From Octopus vulgaris (taxonomy: Eukaryota): a DNA stretch of 64,000 nt. Under the pieces are notes generated by a model. It saw nothing but the letters and a program-made list of their open reading frames with translations. It did no database searches and was not told the origin of the DNA. The stretch spans positions 73,346,001 through 73,410,000 of the forward strand of contig OX597825.1 in assembly GCA_951406725.2 (NCBI GenBank), in the 5' to 3' direction. The position numbers were made by a program, and so were the translations under genes. Below are positions 29,161 through 43,158 of this stretch, in pieces (within the stretch, counting starts at the first letter, position 1; each line of letters opens with the position of its first letter).

Positions 29161-29560
29161 AGTCATAGGTGCCCTGGGAATGAAAAATGTGGAACCTGAA
29201 GACTAAAGCAATACCTATTGTCATAGGTGCCCTGGGAATGATAGCAAAAAGGACTGATTGTTACCTAGCTCAGATACCAGGAAACCCCAAAATGGCAGAA
29301 ATTCAAAAGGTAGCACTCATGGGAACTGCCCATATCCTACACAAAATACTTTCTATGTAATCTCAAGTTTTAAAACACACACATAATTTTCTTATGTTTT
29401 CTTCAACATTCTCTAAAACAACACTATGTACAAAACCAAATATATGGCACCCTTAGGCATAACACCAACATGAACTTCCAGCTTGTTGTCTCTTGAAGTC
29501 TCTGGGTGAGACTTGGAGCCAACTTGTACAAATGTAAAGCAAAAGTCAAACATAAAAAAA
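29161..29560 (+). mobile_element. RLE-type non-LTR retrotransposon 3' end (R4/Dong-like) inside (TAA)n
   Basis: 29187-29360 translates MWNLKTKAIPIVIGALGMIAKRTDCYLAQIPGNPKMAEIQKVALMGTAHILHKILSM*, homologous to the peptide at 58865-59282; about 200 bp of 3' UTR; (TAA)n on both sides. Confidence 0.85.
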
Positions 29561-29579
29561 TAATAATAATTATAATACT

Positions 29580-29640
<61 letters not shown>

Positions 29641-30714
29641 GTAATAATAACAACAGCAACAACAACAACAATAATAATGACAACCAGTTATTGTTTGTTC
29701 TTACAGAATTAACCAGAGCAAGTGAAATCAAGATCTCTGAGAAGCGAAATGGAAATAATAATAATAATTTGTAATAATAATGATTTCTTAGAGAGATACA
29801 ATGTCTGATATTTTGTGGAAGAGAATGAGAAGAATATAATCCCATTAACAGCTACCCCAGTATATGACTGGTATTTTATCTACCACAGAAAGATGAAAGA
29901 CAAAGTTGATTCGACCGTGGTGAGATTTGAACACAAGACACTAAGAGTTGTAGGTAAATGCAACAAAATATTTTCATCTGACATCCTAATAAATTAGCAT
30001 AATTTATGCTTTATAATGATTAATTATTTCGGTAGAAGGCCAATAGATTTGATGAGAAGTATTAGTTGATTATATTGCCCTTGCTAATTGGTTAGCAGAG
30101 GGATGATAAGCAAACTTCAGCATGGCAGGATTTGAATACAGAATGTTCTCTCTCTCTCCTTCTCACTCACTCCCTCTCTCTTCTCTCTCCTTCTCACTCC
30201 CTCCCTCTCCCTCTCTCTCTCTCACTCTGGCTGGGTTACCATGTACCTCCACTACAGTAAGACACCTGTTTCTGTCTCTCTGTCTCACTATAATCTTTCT
30301 TCATCTGACACAAGATCACCTAATCCAATGTCCCCTCCCTTGGTCGACCCAAGGCTATAGTAGAAGACACTTGCCCAAGGTGCCACGCAGTGGGACTGAA
30401 CCAAGAACCATGTGGCTGGTAAGCAAGCTACTTACCACACAACCTGCATGAATGATTTGTTTATAGTGATCGAATGTATGTGCCGTACATTAGTTCACTC
30501 TCTCCATCAAATCGACGGTGCCTGGAATGGTGCGCGGTGTGCCACGAATCAGGTACCGAAGTGATTGCAAAGCAAAGTGAGATGAAGTGTTTTGCTCAAG
30601 AAGACAATGCACCACCCAGTCCAGGAATTGAAACCATGGTCTTTTGATCATGAGTGCAACACCCTGACCACAAGGCCATGCATCTTCGTCAATGATAATG
30701 ATGATAATAATAAC

Positions 30715-30764
<50 letters not shown>

Positions 30765-30856
30765 TTATAATAATTTCTTTTATTAGCCCCAGGGGCACAG
30801 ATGAGGGGGACATCACAAGGATACACAAATCGTTTGGAGATTTACTTAAAGGATGG

Positions 30857-30919
30857 GAAGAAGAAGAAGAAGGAGAAGAAGAAGAAGAAGGAGAAGAAGA
30901 AGAAGAAGAAGAAGAAGAA

Positions 30920-30951
<32 letters not shown>

Positions 30952-31190
30952 AGAAGATGATGATGAAGAAGAAGAAGAAGAAGATGAAGAAGAAGAAGAA
31001 GAAGAAGAAGAAGAAGAAGAAGAAGAAGAAGAAGAAGAAGAAGGAGAAGAAGAAGAAGAAGAAGATGAAGAAGAAGAAGAAGAAGAAGAAGAAGAAGAAG
31101 AAGAAGAAGAAGAAGAAGAAGAAGAAGAAGAAGAAGAAGAAGAAGAAGAAGAAGAAGAAGAAGAAGAAGAAGAAGAAGAAGAAGAAGAAG
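30857..31190. repeat. (GAA)n microsatellite, about 330 bp
   Basis: Direct reading; source of the poly-E/K/L ORFs. Confidence 0.97.
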
Positions 31191-31752
31191 GTGTGCTGAC
31201 AGAACTGTCAGCATATAGGACAAAATGCTTTGGGGTATTTCATCTGCCACCACATTCTGAGTTCAAATTCTGCCGAGGTTGAATTTTGCCTTTCATCCTT
31301 TTAAGGTCAATGAAATAAGTACCATTGAAACACCGGGGTTAATATAATTGATTCCCTCCACCTCCTCAAACACTGCTGGCCTTGTGCCAAAAATTTGAAA
31401 CCCTCATTATGCTTAATGGCATTTCATCTGTTTTTATGGTCTGAGTTCAAATTCTGGCAAGGTTGACTTTGCCTTTCATCCTCTTGGGGTCAATAAATTC
31501 AGTACCAGTGAAACACTGGGGTCAATGTAATCAACTTGCCTCCTCCTCCCAAATTTCAGGCCTTGTGCCAATAGTAGAAAGGGTTATTATTATTATTTTA
31601 TTATCAGCGCAGTTATGACAGAAGTTATTGAAAGCTCATTTTTTTTACTGTTTTTTAGCCCTAGGTCAACCCTTATCTGGCAGAGTTATAATCAACGCCA
31701 TGCCATCCATGATCATCCAATTCATTACTTGTTAAACATTGTATATATTATA

Positions 31753-31918
31753 AGGGGGATCAGCCATCTGAATGTGGCTAGGGACAGGGCGGGGTAGTGG
31801 ACACCGAGATGGTGTCAGCCCTTCTGGTGACGTTGATGATCGCCTGGGGCTAAATGCATCAGTAACACCCCCACTACCCCGCCCTGTCCCTAGCCACATT
31901 CAGATGGCTGATCCCCCT
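31753..31918. mobile_element. MITE with perfect ~48-bp TIRs and TA target duplication
   Basis: TA|AGGGGGATCAGCCATCTGAATGTGGCTAGGGACAGGGCGGGGTAGTGG ... exact reverse complement|TA. Confidence 0.85.
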
Positions 31919-32212
31919 TATGTTATAGAGCAGTTACTGTTTATATCTCGCTCAGAGATTTATTATTATTGTATATATTGGACTCCATATATTCTTTTAA
32001 TAAACTTGGGTATGATTTGAGGGAGATTTGGCTATAATATCTAACAGGTCAGATTTTCATATTGGGTCATGTAAAGATTAAGAAAAGTGGTTGGTGGGTA
32101 AGATGCTGGACAGTTTACCTTCACGTCATGAGTTCAAAATCAAATGCAGGCACAGGACGTCTTGAAGACAATATTTGAAGAATTCAAACTGTGTACACAC
32201 ACACACACACAT

Positions 32213-32472
32213 TCTTTTAGTCTTTTGCTTGTTTCAGTCATTTTTTACTGCGGCCATGCTGGGGCACTGCCTTTCGTCGAGCAAGTCAACCCCAGGACTT
32301 CTTTTTATATATGCCTAGTACTTATCGGTCTCCTTTTGACGAACTGCTAAGTTACGGAGACGTAAACACACCAGCATAGGTTGTTAAGTGATGTGGGGGG
32401 GGGGAATACAGACACACAAACACACACGCACGCATGCACGCACACACGCATGCTCACACATACATACATACA

Positions 32473-32521
<49 letters not shown>

Positions 32522-32980
32522 ACAATCAAGGAACGGCCATAATAGGCCATTCACCCACTAGAAATAACAGCCAAAGCTTCAACCGCAAATAAAAATTAAT
32601 TCCGTAAACCAGGAGAAAATTTAAAAAACATTTACCCTGTAATTTCTTATACGATATACCGTTTCATCTGCTGATTAATGGTAAACTAACCTGATTAAAT
32701 TAAATCAGGTTAGTTTACCATTAATCAGCAGATGAAACGGTATATCGTATAAGAAATTACAGGGTAAATGTTTTTTAAATTTTCTCCTGGTTTACGGAAT
32801 TAACTTTTATTTGCGGTTGAAGCTTTTGGCTGTTATTTCTAGTGGGTGAATGGCCTATTATGGCCGTTCCTTGATTGTTGATGTTGAACTTAAAAATGGT
32901 CTATGACTATTTAATTTTTTCCCACTAGGCCGCTGGTGGCAAAAGAATTCTACAAAATTTTTTTTGCCACCCTATATTGA

Positions 32981-33022
<42 letters not shown>

Positions 33023-33172
33023 CAGGTTCCTTTCAGTTTCCGTCTACCACATCCACTCACAAGGCTTTGGTCGGCTTGACGCTATAGTAGAGGGGACTGA
33101 CCCAAGGTGCCATGCAGTGGGACCGTACCTGGAACCATGTGGTTGGTAAGCATGCTACTTACCACACAACCA
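32213..33172 (-). mobile_element. SINE family A interrupted at its internal (TA)n
   Basis: 3' half at about 32213-32420 and 5' half at about 33020-33172, separated by the fold-back insertion 32518-32985. Confidence 0.78.
32518..32985 (+). mobile_element. Near-perfect fold-back PLE-like fragment with 3' tail
   Basis: Arms 32518-32696 / 32703-32882, 6-nt loop, tail 32883-32985; only the 3' half of a possible hammerhead (GAAA-CG gtatat CG-TA) remains. Confidence 0.7.
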
Positions 33173-33184
33173 ATAAATAAATAA

Positions 33185-33237
<53 letters not shown>

Positions 33238-33593
33238 TATATATATAAATATATATATGTATGCATGTATATATGGTTTTTGATAAGGAATATAGATTTT
33301 TACAATTATGTAAATAATAATAATAATAATATTTTATACGCTTTATGGACTCATATGTCCCATAATTAGATTATTTTCTTTAGTCATTGTATGGTGAATG
33401 CTTATATGCTCTAAGTTTATAAAATACTATTAATATGTGTGTGTGTGTATGTGTGTGTGTGTGTGTCTGTGTGTGTGTGTATGCTAAAATTTAATATAAA
33501 CAGCCAAGCACATAAAGCGAAAATTCAATCGTCACTAAATGTAACTAAGTATGCCAAAGTACCTACATTGCTAGAAATAAGAGTTAAAATACT

Positions 33594-33629
<36 letters not shown>

Positions 33630-33711
33630 GTCACTAAAGTGACTGGTGGCACTAGGCAGTGCCATCAATATATATATAAATGTATATATAAATATATATA
33701 AATATATATAA

Positions 33712-33783
<72 letters not shown>

Positions 33784-33784
33784 G

Positions 33785-33817
<33 letters not shown>

Positions 33818-34712
33818 ATACGTATATATATATATAAATATACATTTATATATATTTCTGTTGCTATATATACAAATGCGTATGTATATATGTGTGTGTG
33901 TCTGTGTGTGTATGTATATATACACACATATATATATATACAGACATAAATATATGAGAAAGAGAGAAAGAGAGAGAGAGAGATTTAAATGGTGAAAATA
34001 ACAGGCATGGTTCTGTCTTATTAAAGCTCTTCAGTAAACCATTTGTCTTTGTTCAGTTAATTTAGAGAACAAGACCCACTCCTATACTTCAGTATCTATT
34101 ATATTTTACAAAATTTCAATTAATTCATCTTATTAGAGTTATTTCCTTTACAGGGCTTCGCTAGTAAACACGCCATGAAATATTTTTTTTACTAATTGCC
34201 CAGGCAATTATAGTTAATCAAAGTTTTTCCACTCACACAATTCAACATATGATAGCTTAGTGTAAACACACACACACACATGCTCACATATTTATATGTT
34301 TATATATACACATACATAAACTTATGCATCTATATAAATACATGCACATTTATATATCCATCCATACATACATACATTCATACATACATTCATACATACA
34401 CACATACATACATACATACATATATACATATATGCATACATACATATATATGTATACATACACACACACAAATGCACATATATACATATATGTATGTATG
34501 TATGTGTATATATGCCTATAAATACAAACATATACATTTGTATGTATATATATATATATGTGTACACACATATATACGTACATATATATGTGTGTGTATG
34601 CATATATAAATATGTATAAATGTGTATAGTTGCATATATATATGCATATATATGTGTGTGTATATATATATAAGGGGGTCATATATATATATATACATAT
34701 ATACATACATAT

Positions 34713-34749
<37 letters not shown>

Positions 34750-34879
34750 AACAAAATCAAACACTCATATACAAGGTGTGTCTGATTTTGTTCATATACC
34801 GCGAGGTGCTTCTAATTCACAAACACACACACACACAGATTTATATGCATATGTGAGCACGTTCACACACATATCTATA

Positions 34880-34940
<61 letters not shown>

Positions 34941-35929
34941 GTAAATATATATATATGTATACACACACATATATACACACACACACACATAACACATAAC
35001 GTATATATTATAAACGCAGTTAATCTTAAATTAGAACAGTACGCAGCTAAGAAATTACTGAGAAATAATGAAATAAGGATTGGCTCAGCTAAAACTATTC
35101 TTAGCTTCATTTGTGTGTAGGTTATTTAGATAAGCGGACACTTAATTGGTACAAATCTATTGATCAGCCTGCTAGTGAGAAGTGACAGTCTGGTCAGAAA
35201 GATGACGAACACATTACATGTGACCGCACTGAATACAAATGCATTACCTAAACGGTAGCGACTAATTTATGTTGTATATTAATTAGCGCTTATAATTTTG
35301 TATTGTAATGTAAATGAGTTAGTCATGAGTGATGGAGCTGTACTTATGAACTTTGAAGAATTAATCTTTGCATTTTGTTTTTGTTGTTGTTGTTGTTGTG
35401 TTTTTTTTGTTAGGGATGTGAGATTGATGTGACTAACATTCAGCTTGGATATCTCTGATGCTGATGGTTAACAGTCTGCAAGAAATTTCCCGTGGACAAG
35501 TTTGGAACTTGGAAACTGGACTGATAATTTTTCAAGAGAATGAACTCTGAGATTCATCCTGGGGGTGGAGGTGGGAGGGGCTCATATTGTTTAATGTCCA
35601 TGTTCCCACGTTTGCATTGAGTTGGGGGCTAATTTGGTGAGGCAGGTTTTCTACAACTTTGATGCCCTTCATGTTGCCAATCTTCACTGATTTCCAAGCA
35701 AGGTAATATTTTCTCATGGATAGGGACAGACATGATTTTTTTGTGGAAGTGTTGAAACAAGCAACATCACTCATATGACACTCGTATGACACTCATATTA
35801 CTGAAACAAGTAAAGAGATAAAAATAAAAGCTACTATCCCTATCCAAGAATTACTTCTACTTAAATGTTTGTATGAGTTAGTGCCCCTTATGTTAAATTT
35901 TTATGAAAATTACTAAAGAAGAAGAGTTA

Positions 35930-36141
35930 CAGGTGGGTGCTGAAATGTTCCTGACTTCGGGTAAATACAGAAAATACAGTCAATAATGATTTTATCCAAC
36001 ATATTCCCCTCCCAGATTCACACACTTATGGCAGCATTCCTGCAGTGTTTTCTAAGCCCTGTAAAAGAACTTTGAAGTCTTGGTTTTCAACCAGGCCTTT
36101 CGCAATATCCTTAAAGCTAAGAACTTTTCAGCATCCCCTTG
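35930..36141 (-). mobile_element. Mariner-derived MITE
   Basis: TA-flanked imperfect TIRs CAGGTGGGTGCTGAAATGTTCC / GAACTTTTCAGCATCCCCTTG; minus strand retains the mariner C-terminal motif HKCVNLGGEYV. Confidence 0.8.
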
Positions 36142-37722
36142 TATATAATGAAATTGTATCGGACCTTAGCACATCATCAATCATGTTTTCTGCTTACCCT
36201 AAAACATTATACCTGTCTAATACCTTAATTCTGTAAATATATATTTTTGGAAAAGTATTCAAAATATCAATGTGGCACCTGGCTTATCACTTTCAATGGC
36301 AACCCACCTAAGATTGGTCTTGTTCCGTAATTCAAATTCCATTTTAAGGTGACCTAAATTAAAACCTTACATCAACATGCTAAAATATATTCCAAATGCT
36401 AATTTAATAATGACAAAATTATTTCAAAAAATTCGTTATTTCTTTTTTTCTCAAAATTATTTGAAAACAGTGTACTTCAACAGAAACATGATAACAAAAG
36501 GGTTAGATGCTTTATTTATATACTAAAAAAACCCCCAAACAAACAGCAAAAAGTAGAACAAAACATGCCCCATCCCTCTAAACACACAAACCCTCTTTGG
36601 TATTCTCATGACATTCTGATGCCTCTTAATGAATTCACAATACCCAAAAGTGACAAAGGGACAGGGGATTTAACACCACCAGGTGAAGGACCACTGAATT
36701 AAATGACACCAATGATTTTCTTTAAAATATTGTGCAGAAAAATGAGGAAAATATTGAAATAACGCAAAAGTATATGATTTATATATATATATTGCTCTAC
36801 ATTTTAAAACTGATGTAATACTTGCATTGTTTAATGAAATGGAATTGCATGAAACGATCGTACTGCATTACCTCTGGATATGCTTGTTGCTTATTTTGAT
36901 TATAATCACCCTATTTTGAATTATATGGATAATAGCATACTAAATTCTGGTGCCTTTAACTTAAGTACCATATTCAACTGAATCTAAATTTTTACTGAAC
37001 TTATATATATGTATATAAACCGGCTAATCACTTGGCTACACGTCTTCACACACATACACACATGTATGTGTGTTTCTGCATAGAAGCACATAGAAACACA
37101 CACACGCTCACACACATACACACACACACATGTATGCATGTATGTTTCTCTACAGAGGCACATAGACACACACACACACATATAGACAGACATGAATGAA
37201 TGTATGTATGCTTCTGTGTAGAGGCACATAGACACTCACCCCCCCACACACACACATGTATATATGTTTTTATGTATAAGTACACATACACACACACACA
37301 CACACACATACACACATAGTTTACCTTTAAATTAATCTTGCTTACAATCGATTCTCAGCCTCCTTATAAAGCTATTTGTGTAGGATTGTAAATGTGTATG
37401 TGTGTATATATGTGTATATATGTGGGTATTTAATAACATGGTCCTTTAACTGAAGCATAAATCTTCTGTAACATTGAATTTTAGCCATAAATCATTTGTT
37501 TGGTATAATCCATACATATTACTTCCTGTGCATATATGCGTGTGTGCAAATGTGTGTGTGTGTGCATGTGCATATGTGTGCGTGTGCACATGTGTGTGAA
37601 TGTGTGTGTGTGTTTGTGTGTGTGTTTGCTCATTTGTGTATATGTGCATGTATTACTGTTGTCAGATCTGTGTTGCGTACATTTTGTTGTCAGATCCATT
37701 TGTCTCTCGTCCTCTCTCTCCC

Positions 37723-37756
<34 letters not shown>

Positions 37757-37814
37757 TACATACATGTATGTATATGTGTGTGTGTGTGGATGCATGTATA
37801 CATATATAAATATA

Positions 37815-37897
37815 TTTCCTTTCCTGAGCGTCCAATAACACTGCACTTATTCTACGTCCTAATGTTGTTGTTTTTCTTTCTTGTTCAAGTTTGGATT

Positions 37898-37900
<3 letters not shown>
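37815..37900 (+). mobile_element. Solo 3' end of the PLE-like family also seen at 39252-39450
   Basis: ttcctgagcgtccaataacact...gtttggattgac then (TA)n; matches the reverse complement of 39252-39335; a shorter piece occurs at about 26010-26032. Confidence 0.6.
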
Positions 37901-37948
<48 letters not shown>

Positions 37949-37976
37949 TATATGTATGTATACATGCATGTATGTT

Positions 37977-38010
<34 letters not shown>

Positions 38011-38055
38011 ATATTATATATATATGCATAATTGCATATAGTTACACATACATAA

Positions 38056-38089
<34 letters not shown>

Positions 38090-38647
38090 TCTTTGAAGTA
38101 CAATTCATTATATGTTTCTAGTTTTAAAAGAAAGCAATAAATAAACAAAAAATAACATAAGTCAGTAAAAAAAATAAAAAATATGTTTCCAAATTCTGCT
38201 GAGAATTCTGGGAAGTTATTATTTTTTTTGCATCAATCAATACTTAGGACCTTTTGAAAGAGTTTAAAGGTTGAAATTCATTGTTGTAATCAACGAAATT
38301 CCATAAAACTGATTTTGTACTCATTCAGCCTTTCGTGGTTCAGTCCTTTGGGATGTTTTAAAAGCATCGATAAAATCAATGAATATGGTTTGTCGTTTTT
38401 GATTTTTCTGTTTTTAATAAAGTTTTGAAATCTCTAAAACATTACAAATAATAAGCCTCCTCTACCTTTCTTGCAAATGGAAACAAAAAAAAAACCCCAA
38501 ACAAACTCAAAGACATTTTAACGATGCTATTGTAGGTCCAGGTATGGCTGTTTTATGGTTAAAAAGCTTAGTTTTCAAGCCTGTGGCTTCAGGTTCGAAT
38601 CTCACTATGCAACAACTTGTGTAAGTGTCTTCTACTATAATCGCTTT

Positions 38648-38869
38648 GGGCAGAAACGCTAGCGCGCCGGGTGAAATGCTTAGCGGTATTTCGTCTGTCG
38701 TTACGTTCTGGGTTCAAATTCCGCCGAGGTCGACTTTGCCTTTCATCCTTTCCGGGTCGATAAATAAAGTACCAGTTATGCACTGGGGTCGATGTAATTG
38801 ACTTAATCCCTTTGTCTGTCCTTGTTTGTCCCCCTCTATGTTTAGCCCCTTGTGGGCAGTAAAGAAATA
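38648..38869 (+). mobile_element. SINE family C
   Basis: ggcagaaacgctagc...ggttcaaattccgccgaggtcgactttgcctttcatcctttcc.gggtcgataaa; copies at about 325-525(-), 28690-29095(-, two), 31190-31585(+, two), 45352-45588(-), 46410-46620(-), 49550-49730 and 63895-64000(-). Confidence 0.8.
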
Positions 38870-38955
38870 TATAATTGCTTTGGGTCCACCAAAGCCATGT
38901 GAATGGATCTTGTAGACGGCAAATGAAAAACACCCATTGTATATATCAACCAAAG

Positions 38956-39100
38956 CTGTCTGTCGAATGGGAACATGAAACTGAGTAACGGTTTTTGTGA
39001 TGTTTTTGCAGCCTTATTAAATAAACCATATTACTCTACCTCTGGTATTTGAATACTATTTTTTTCCACCTTGTTTTACATTTACGAGCTTACTCTGGTA
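38956..39100 (+). mobile_element. Solo PLE-like 3' end related to 5519-5662, with degenerate hammerhead
   Basis: CTGT-CTGTCGA-ATG ggaa CAT-GAAA-CTGAG-TA|ACGG, then tail catattactctacctctggtatttgaatact...ccaccttgtttt nearly matching 5590-5662; ends in (TA)n. Confidence 0.72.
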
Positions 39101-39160
39101 TATATATATTACTCTTTTACTCTTTTACTTGTTTCAGTCATTTGACTGTGGCCATGCTGG

Positions 39161-39251
<91 letters not shown>

Positions 39252-39252
<1 letters not shown>

Positions 39253-39450
39253 AAGTTAATCCAAACAAGAAAGCACAAAAAAACACAACAACACGAGGAC
39301 GTGAAACAAATATAGTATTATTGGATGCTCAGGAAAGAAGGAAAGAAGGAGGGTTTAACGTTTCGAGCGGAGCTCTTCATCGGAAACATAGGAGAAGGAA
39401 AGATCCAGAGAAGGGAAGACAGAGGAAAAAAACGGTACACACGCGGTCAC
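39252..39450 (-). mobile_element. PLE-like 3' end with minimal hammerhead
   Basis: Minus strand 39387-39353: GTTT-CCGATGA-a GAGC tcc GCTC-GAAA-CG-TT|AAAC (U4C change; AACGTT palindromic stem III); terminates in (TA)n. Confidence 0.7.
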
Positions 39451-39461
39451 GTGTGTGTGTG

Positions 39462-39733
39462 TAATAAGATTGTCATTAAATAAGATTGTCATTAAATCAT
39501 AAAATCACAAATCCGAAAGAGAAGCACAGGACGATGTAAGTTACAGAGCAGCAGAGTAATTGGATAAAGATAGTTATGGCTGGTTTATGGGATTGCCCTC
39601 GGTTTCATGTCTTCAAAGAGGGGTTATCAGCCACTGACCATTAGGGTCTGAAGAGATGTGATAAAGCTAGACACTCTATTGACATGGAACCGGGAGCAAT
39701 CCCATAAACCAGCCATAACTATCTGTATCTAAT
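39462..39733 (-). mobile_element. Inverted PLE-like fragment with tail
   Basis: Arms 39559-39611 / 39681-39733, tail 39462-39558; CTGAAGA in the spacer and GAAA/GGAA-CC in the arms (hammerhead poorly preserved). Confidence 0.55.
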
Positions 39734-39734
39734 G

Positions 39735-39813
<79 letters not shown>

Positions 39814-40663
39814 GCATGGGCGACTGCTGGTCTTCCATAAACAATCTTGCCCGGACTTGTGCCTGGGAGGATAACTTTCTAGGTGTAATCCCATAGTCAT
39901 TCATTACCGAAGGGGGTCACAACACACACATACACACACACATTATAATAAAGATAGCATTATAATGAAGATGCATTATATATGGAGACACAACCTTACT
40001 CATTAAGACAGCATTATAATGAAAACACAACATTATTAAACAGACACAACATTATCATCTAAATACAACATTAATACAAAAGGACACTGTATTATAATTA
40101 AACAAGATTATGATGAAAGCGCATTATACATAAACGCAACATTATCATGAAAACACAGCACTATGATGAAGACATGCCCCCCACACACACACACCTTACA
40201 AACTACCAAATAAAGAATGATGTCTACTGAAATGATGCTCAATTTTCCTATTTTATTTTCAGTTCTGATCTGGAAAATAGTTTTGTTTGCTTTTTTGTCT
40301 ACTTTTTTTTTTTGTCACAATACATTGTTTTTTTTTATAGTTATTTTGTTGTTTTCTTCAAATATCTTCTTCAATTGTTTTATCTTAGTCTCCCTCTCTC
40401 CCTCATCCCTCTGTCTCTTTCTATTCTAATTTTAATCGAAATGGTGACAAATGTCTTGGATTTCTCTTTGAGATTAGCAACCTGACTGGCAGACTTTATT
40501 GCTAAATCTGCAGTTTGTTAACTTGACAGCAAGATTCTGGTAGACATTACTTCAGAAAGAGAGAGCAGTAGAAGCTCCAATAATTTCAGCTCTTTAGAAT
40601 GGTATGGAATCTTTTTGGGGGCTGAAATGCAAAAAAGAATGTAGAAGAAGAGTATATGTGTAT

Positions 40664-40695
<32 letters not shown>

Positions 40696-41019
40696 CTGTA
40701 TGTCTGTATACATATATACATACACACAGACACACACACATATATAAAAAAAATAAATGCGGCCTTTTAAAGCCTAGCCAGGCTCATGAACCCGGTTTCC
40801 CGGTTTCTATGGTGTATATATTCCCCAGCTGGACGGGACACCAGTCCATCGCAGTGTTACTCATTTTTGCCAGCTGAGTGAACTGGAGCAATGTGAAATG
40901 AAGTGTTTTGCTCAAGAACACGTGACGCCTGGTCCAGGAATCGAAACCACAATCTTACAATCATGATGCTGACACCATAACCACTAAGCCACATGCCTCC
41001 ACAAACACACAGACACACA

Positions 41020-41088
<69 letters not shown>

Positions 41089-41089
<1 letters not shown>

Positions 41090-41919
41090 CTAACTGAATT
41101 ACCCAATAATACCCGGAAAAGAAGGGGATTATTTTCAGTTCCTGTGCCCATTACACCGTTCAGTTCCCATTTTAGTTCTGCTCCCATTCCTATCCCCAGT
41201 CCTATGTCGATACATAAATTTTAGAATCAGTTGGGTGTAATTAAGCCAGTAAATATTTTATTAAGCTCTATGGTAATAGTTTAGTGCTAGAAATAGGTAT
41301 TAGAAGCTATTAATACGATTAGTGGAGGAATAAGGAAATCCCCTATATTATTTTAACAAACGAATATGCATCTGAGTAAAATAAATGAGTTGACCAGTAA
41401 TACTGGGAAAACGGGGATTATTCCGAGTTCCCATTTACCATTGCACTGTTCCATGTCCTATCCCATTTCCTGTTCAGTTCTCATCTTTGTGCCCAACCAG
41501 TGACTTATGTTAATAGTTTATTGGTAAAACAGGTATTACAAACTATTAATTTGATTAGTCTGTGAATAAGGAATGTCCCTATCTTATTTTAACAAGTGAA
41601 TATGCCTCTGAGTAAAATAAATTAGATAAATAGATAGATTTACAAATACATTGCCAAATAGATTTACATATATATATTTACAAAAACTCAGTTGTGTGGG
41701 ATACATTTACAGATTTATAAATAGTTTTACAAATACCTGGTGATGTGGGATAGATTTACAAATAGATTTGCAAATAGAATTACAAATAGATTTAAAAATA
41801 CATGGTGTTGTGGGATAGATTTACATTGATTTGTAAACATGTGCTACAGCACCCTCTAGGGGATCCATTAAAGACTTTTATTGAAATCCAGTTAGCCTAT
41901 GGTTCAACTGGATGTTAGT
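41089..41919. mobile_element. Candidate Helitron-like non-autonomous element with internal repeats
   Basis: Starts ACTAA..ttacccaataatacccgg; ends with hairpin ATCCAGTT..AACTGGAT followed by gTTAGT; internal diverged duplication (41107-41390 vs 41398-41625) and 12-bp aaatagatttac repeats. Confidence 0.4.
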
Positions 41920-42319
41920 TTAACATGTATGCAAAGTTTTGTCAACATTAGTTTGCTGGTGTAGGCAGTAAGATGGTAACAGACACACAGACAGAAATTG
42001 CCATTTATGAATATATATAAATATACACATACACTCATACATACACACACACGCACACACAAACACACACATGTAGCTGTGGCTAGTGCTGCCTGACTGG
42101 CTTCTATGCTGTTGGCATGTAAATTGCACTATCCAAATGCTGGGATTGCCACCACCCCCTGCTGGAGGCTCGTGGAGCTTTAGGTGTTTTTGTTCAATAA
42201 ACACTCACAACGGTTGGGAATTGAAACCACGATCCTACGATCGCGGGTCCGCTGTCCTAACCACTGGGCCATTGCGCCTCCACGTATATACATATATACA
42301 TATATATATATATATAAAA

Positions 42320-42385
<66 letters not shown>

Positions 42386-42519
42386 TTGAGTTGTGGGGTA
42401 TCGCACGAGTGGGATTATATAAGAAAAAAGGTTTGAAAATGCAATTTAAACGATGTTTATTTACTTAACCGGTTTCACTCTTTGGTAAAAGATTGTCAAA
42501 AGTTACATTTAAGGAAACA

Positions 42520-42745
42520 TTGAATAATATGGGTTCAAAAAAAGTTTTTTACATAATTGTCACATTGAATATTATGCATTCAAAAAAGTTTTTTACATAA
42601 TTGTCACATTGGATATTATGGGTTCAAAAAAGTTTTTTACATAATTGTCACATTGAATATTATGCATTCAAAAAAGTTTTTTACATAATTGTCACATTGG
42701 ATATTATGAATTCAAAAATGTTTTTTTATACATAATTGTCACATT
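42520..42745. repeat. 44-bp tandem repeat (about 4.5-5 copies) inside the PLE-like arm, mirrored at about 44330-44555
   Basis: gttttttacataattgtcacatt recurs at 42544, 42588, 42632, etc.; alternating A/B variants. Confidence 0.9.
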
Positions 42746-43121
42746 ATTTGGGAAAATTTGGCAGAAAAGGATAAAACAAATATATTATTGGGAATTGGTT
42801 GCGTTAATTATTGGTTGTCGCAAATTGTCACATTACATGTATATATATACAATCTTTGGTATATATATACAGCGTTTTGACAGCAAAAATTAAAATGGAT
42901 TTTTTGTCCATCTCAGAATATTTTAAGTATGTTTTTACTGACCTGTCAGTATTAGCAGAAAGGCTGAACTGAGAGAACAGAAGTAGCCAATGTGGTGTAT
43001 ACTTCCCCTTTATGCATGAATGATTTTGGGGTTATCAGGAGGTTAGTATGCGGGTGTGAATAGATGTGTCCGTGCCTGCTGGTCAGACAGCGTCTGTTTG
43101 TCACACACATATATATACACA

Positions 43122-43158
<37 letters not shown>

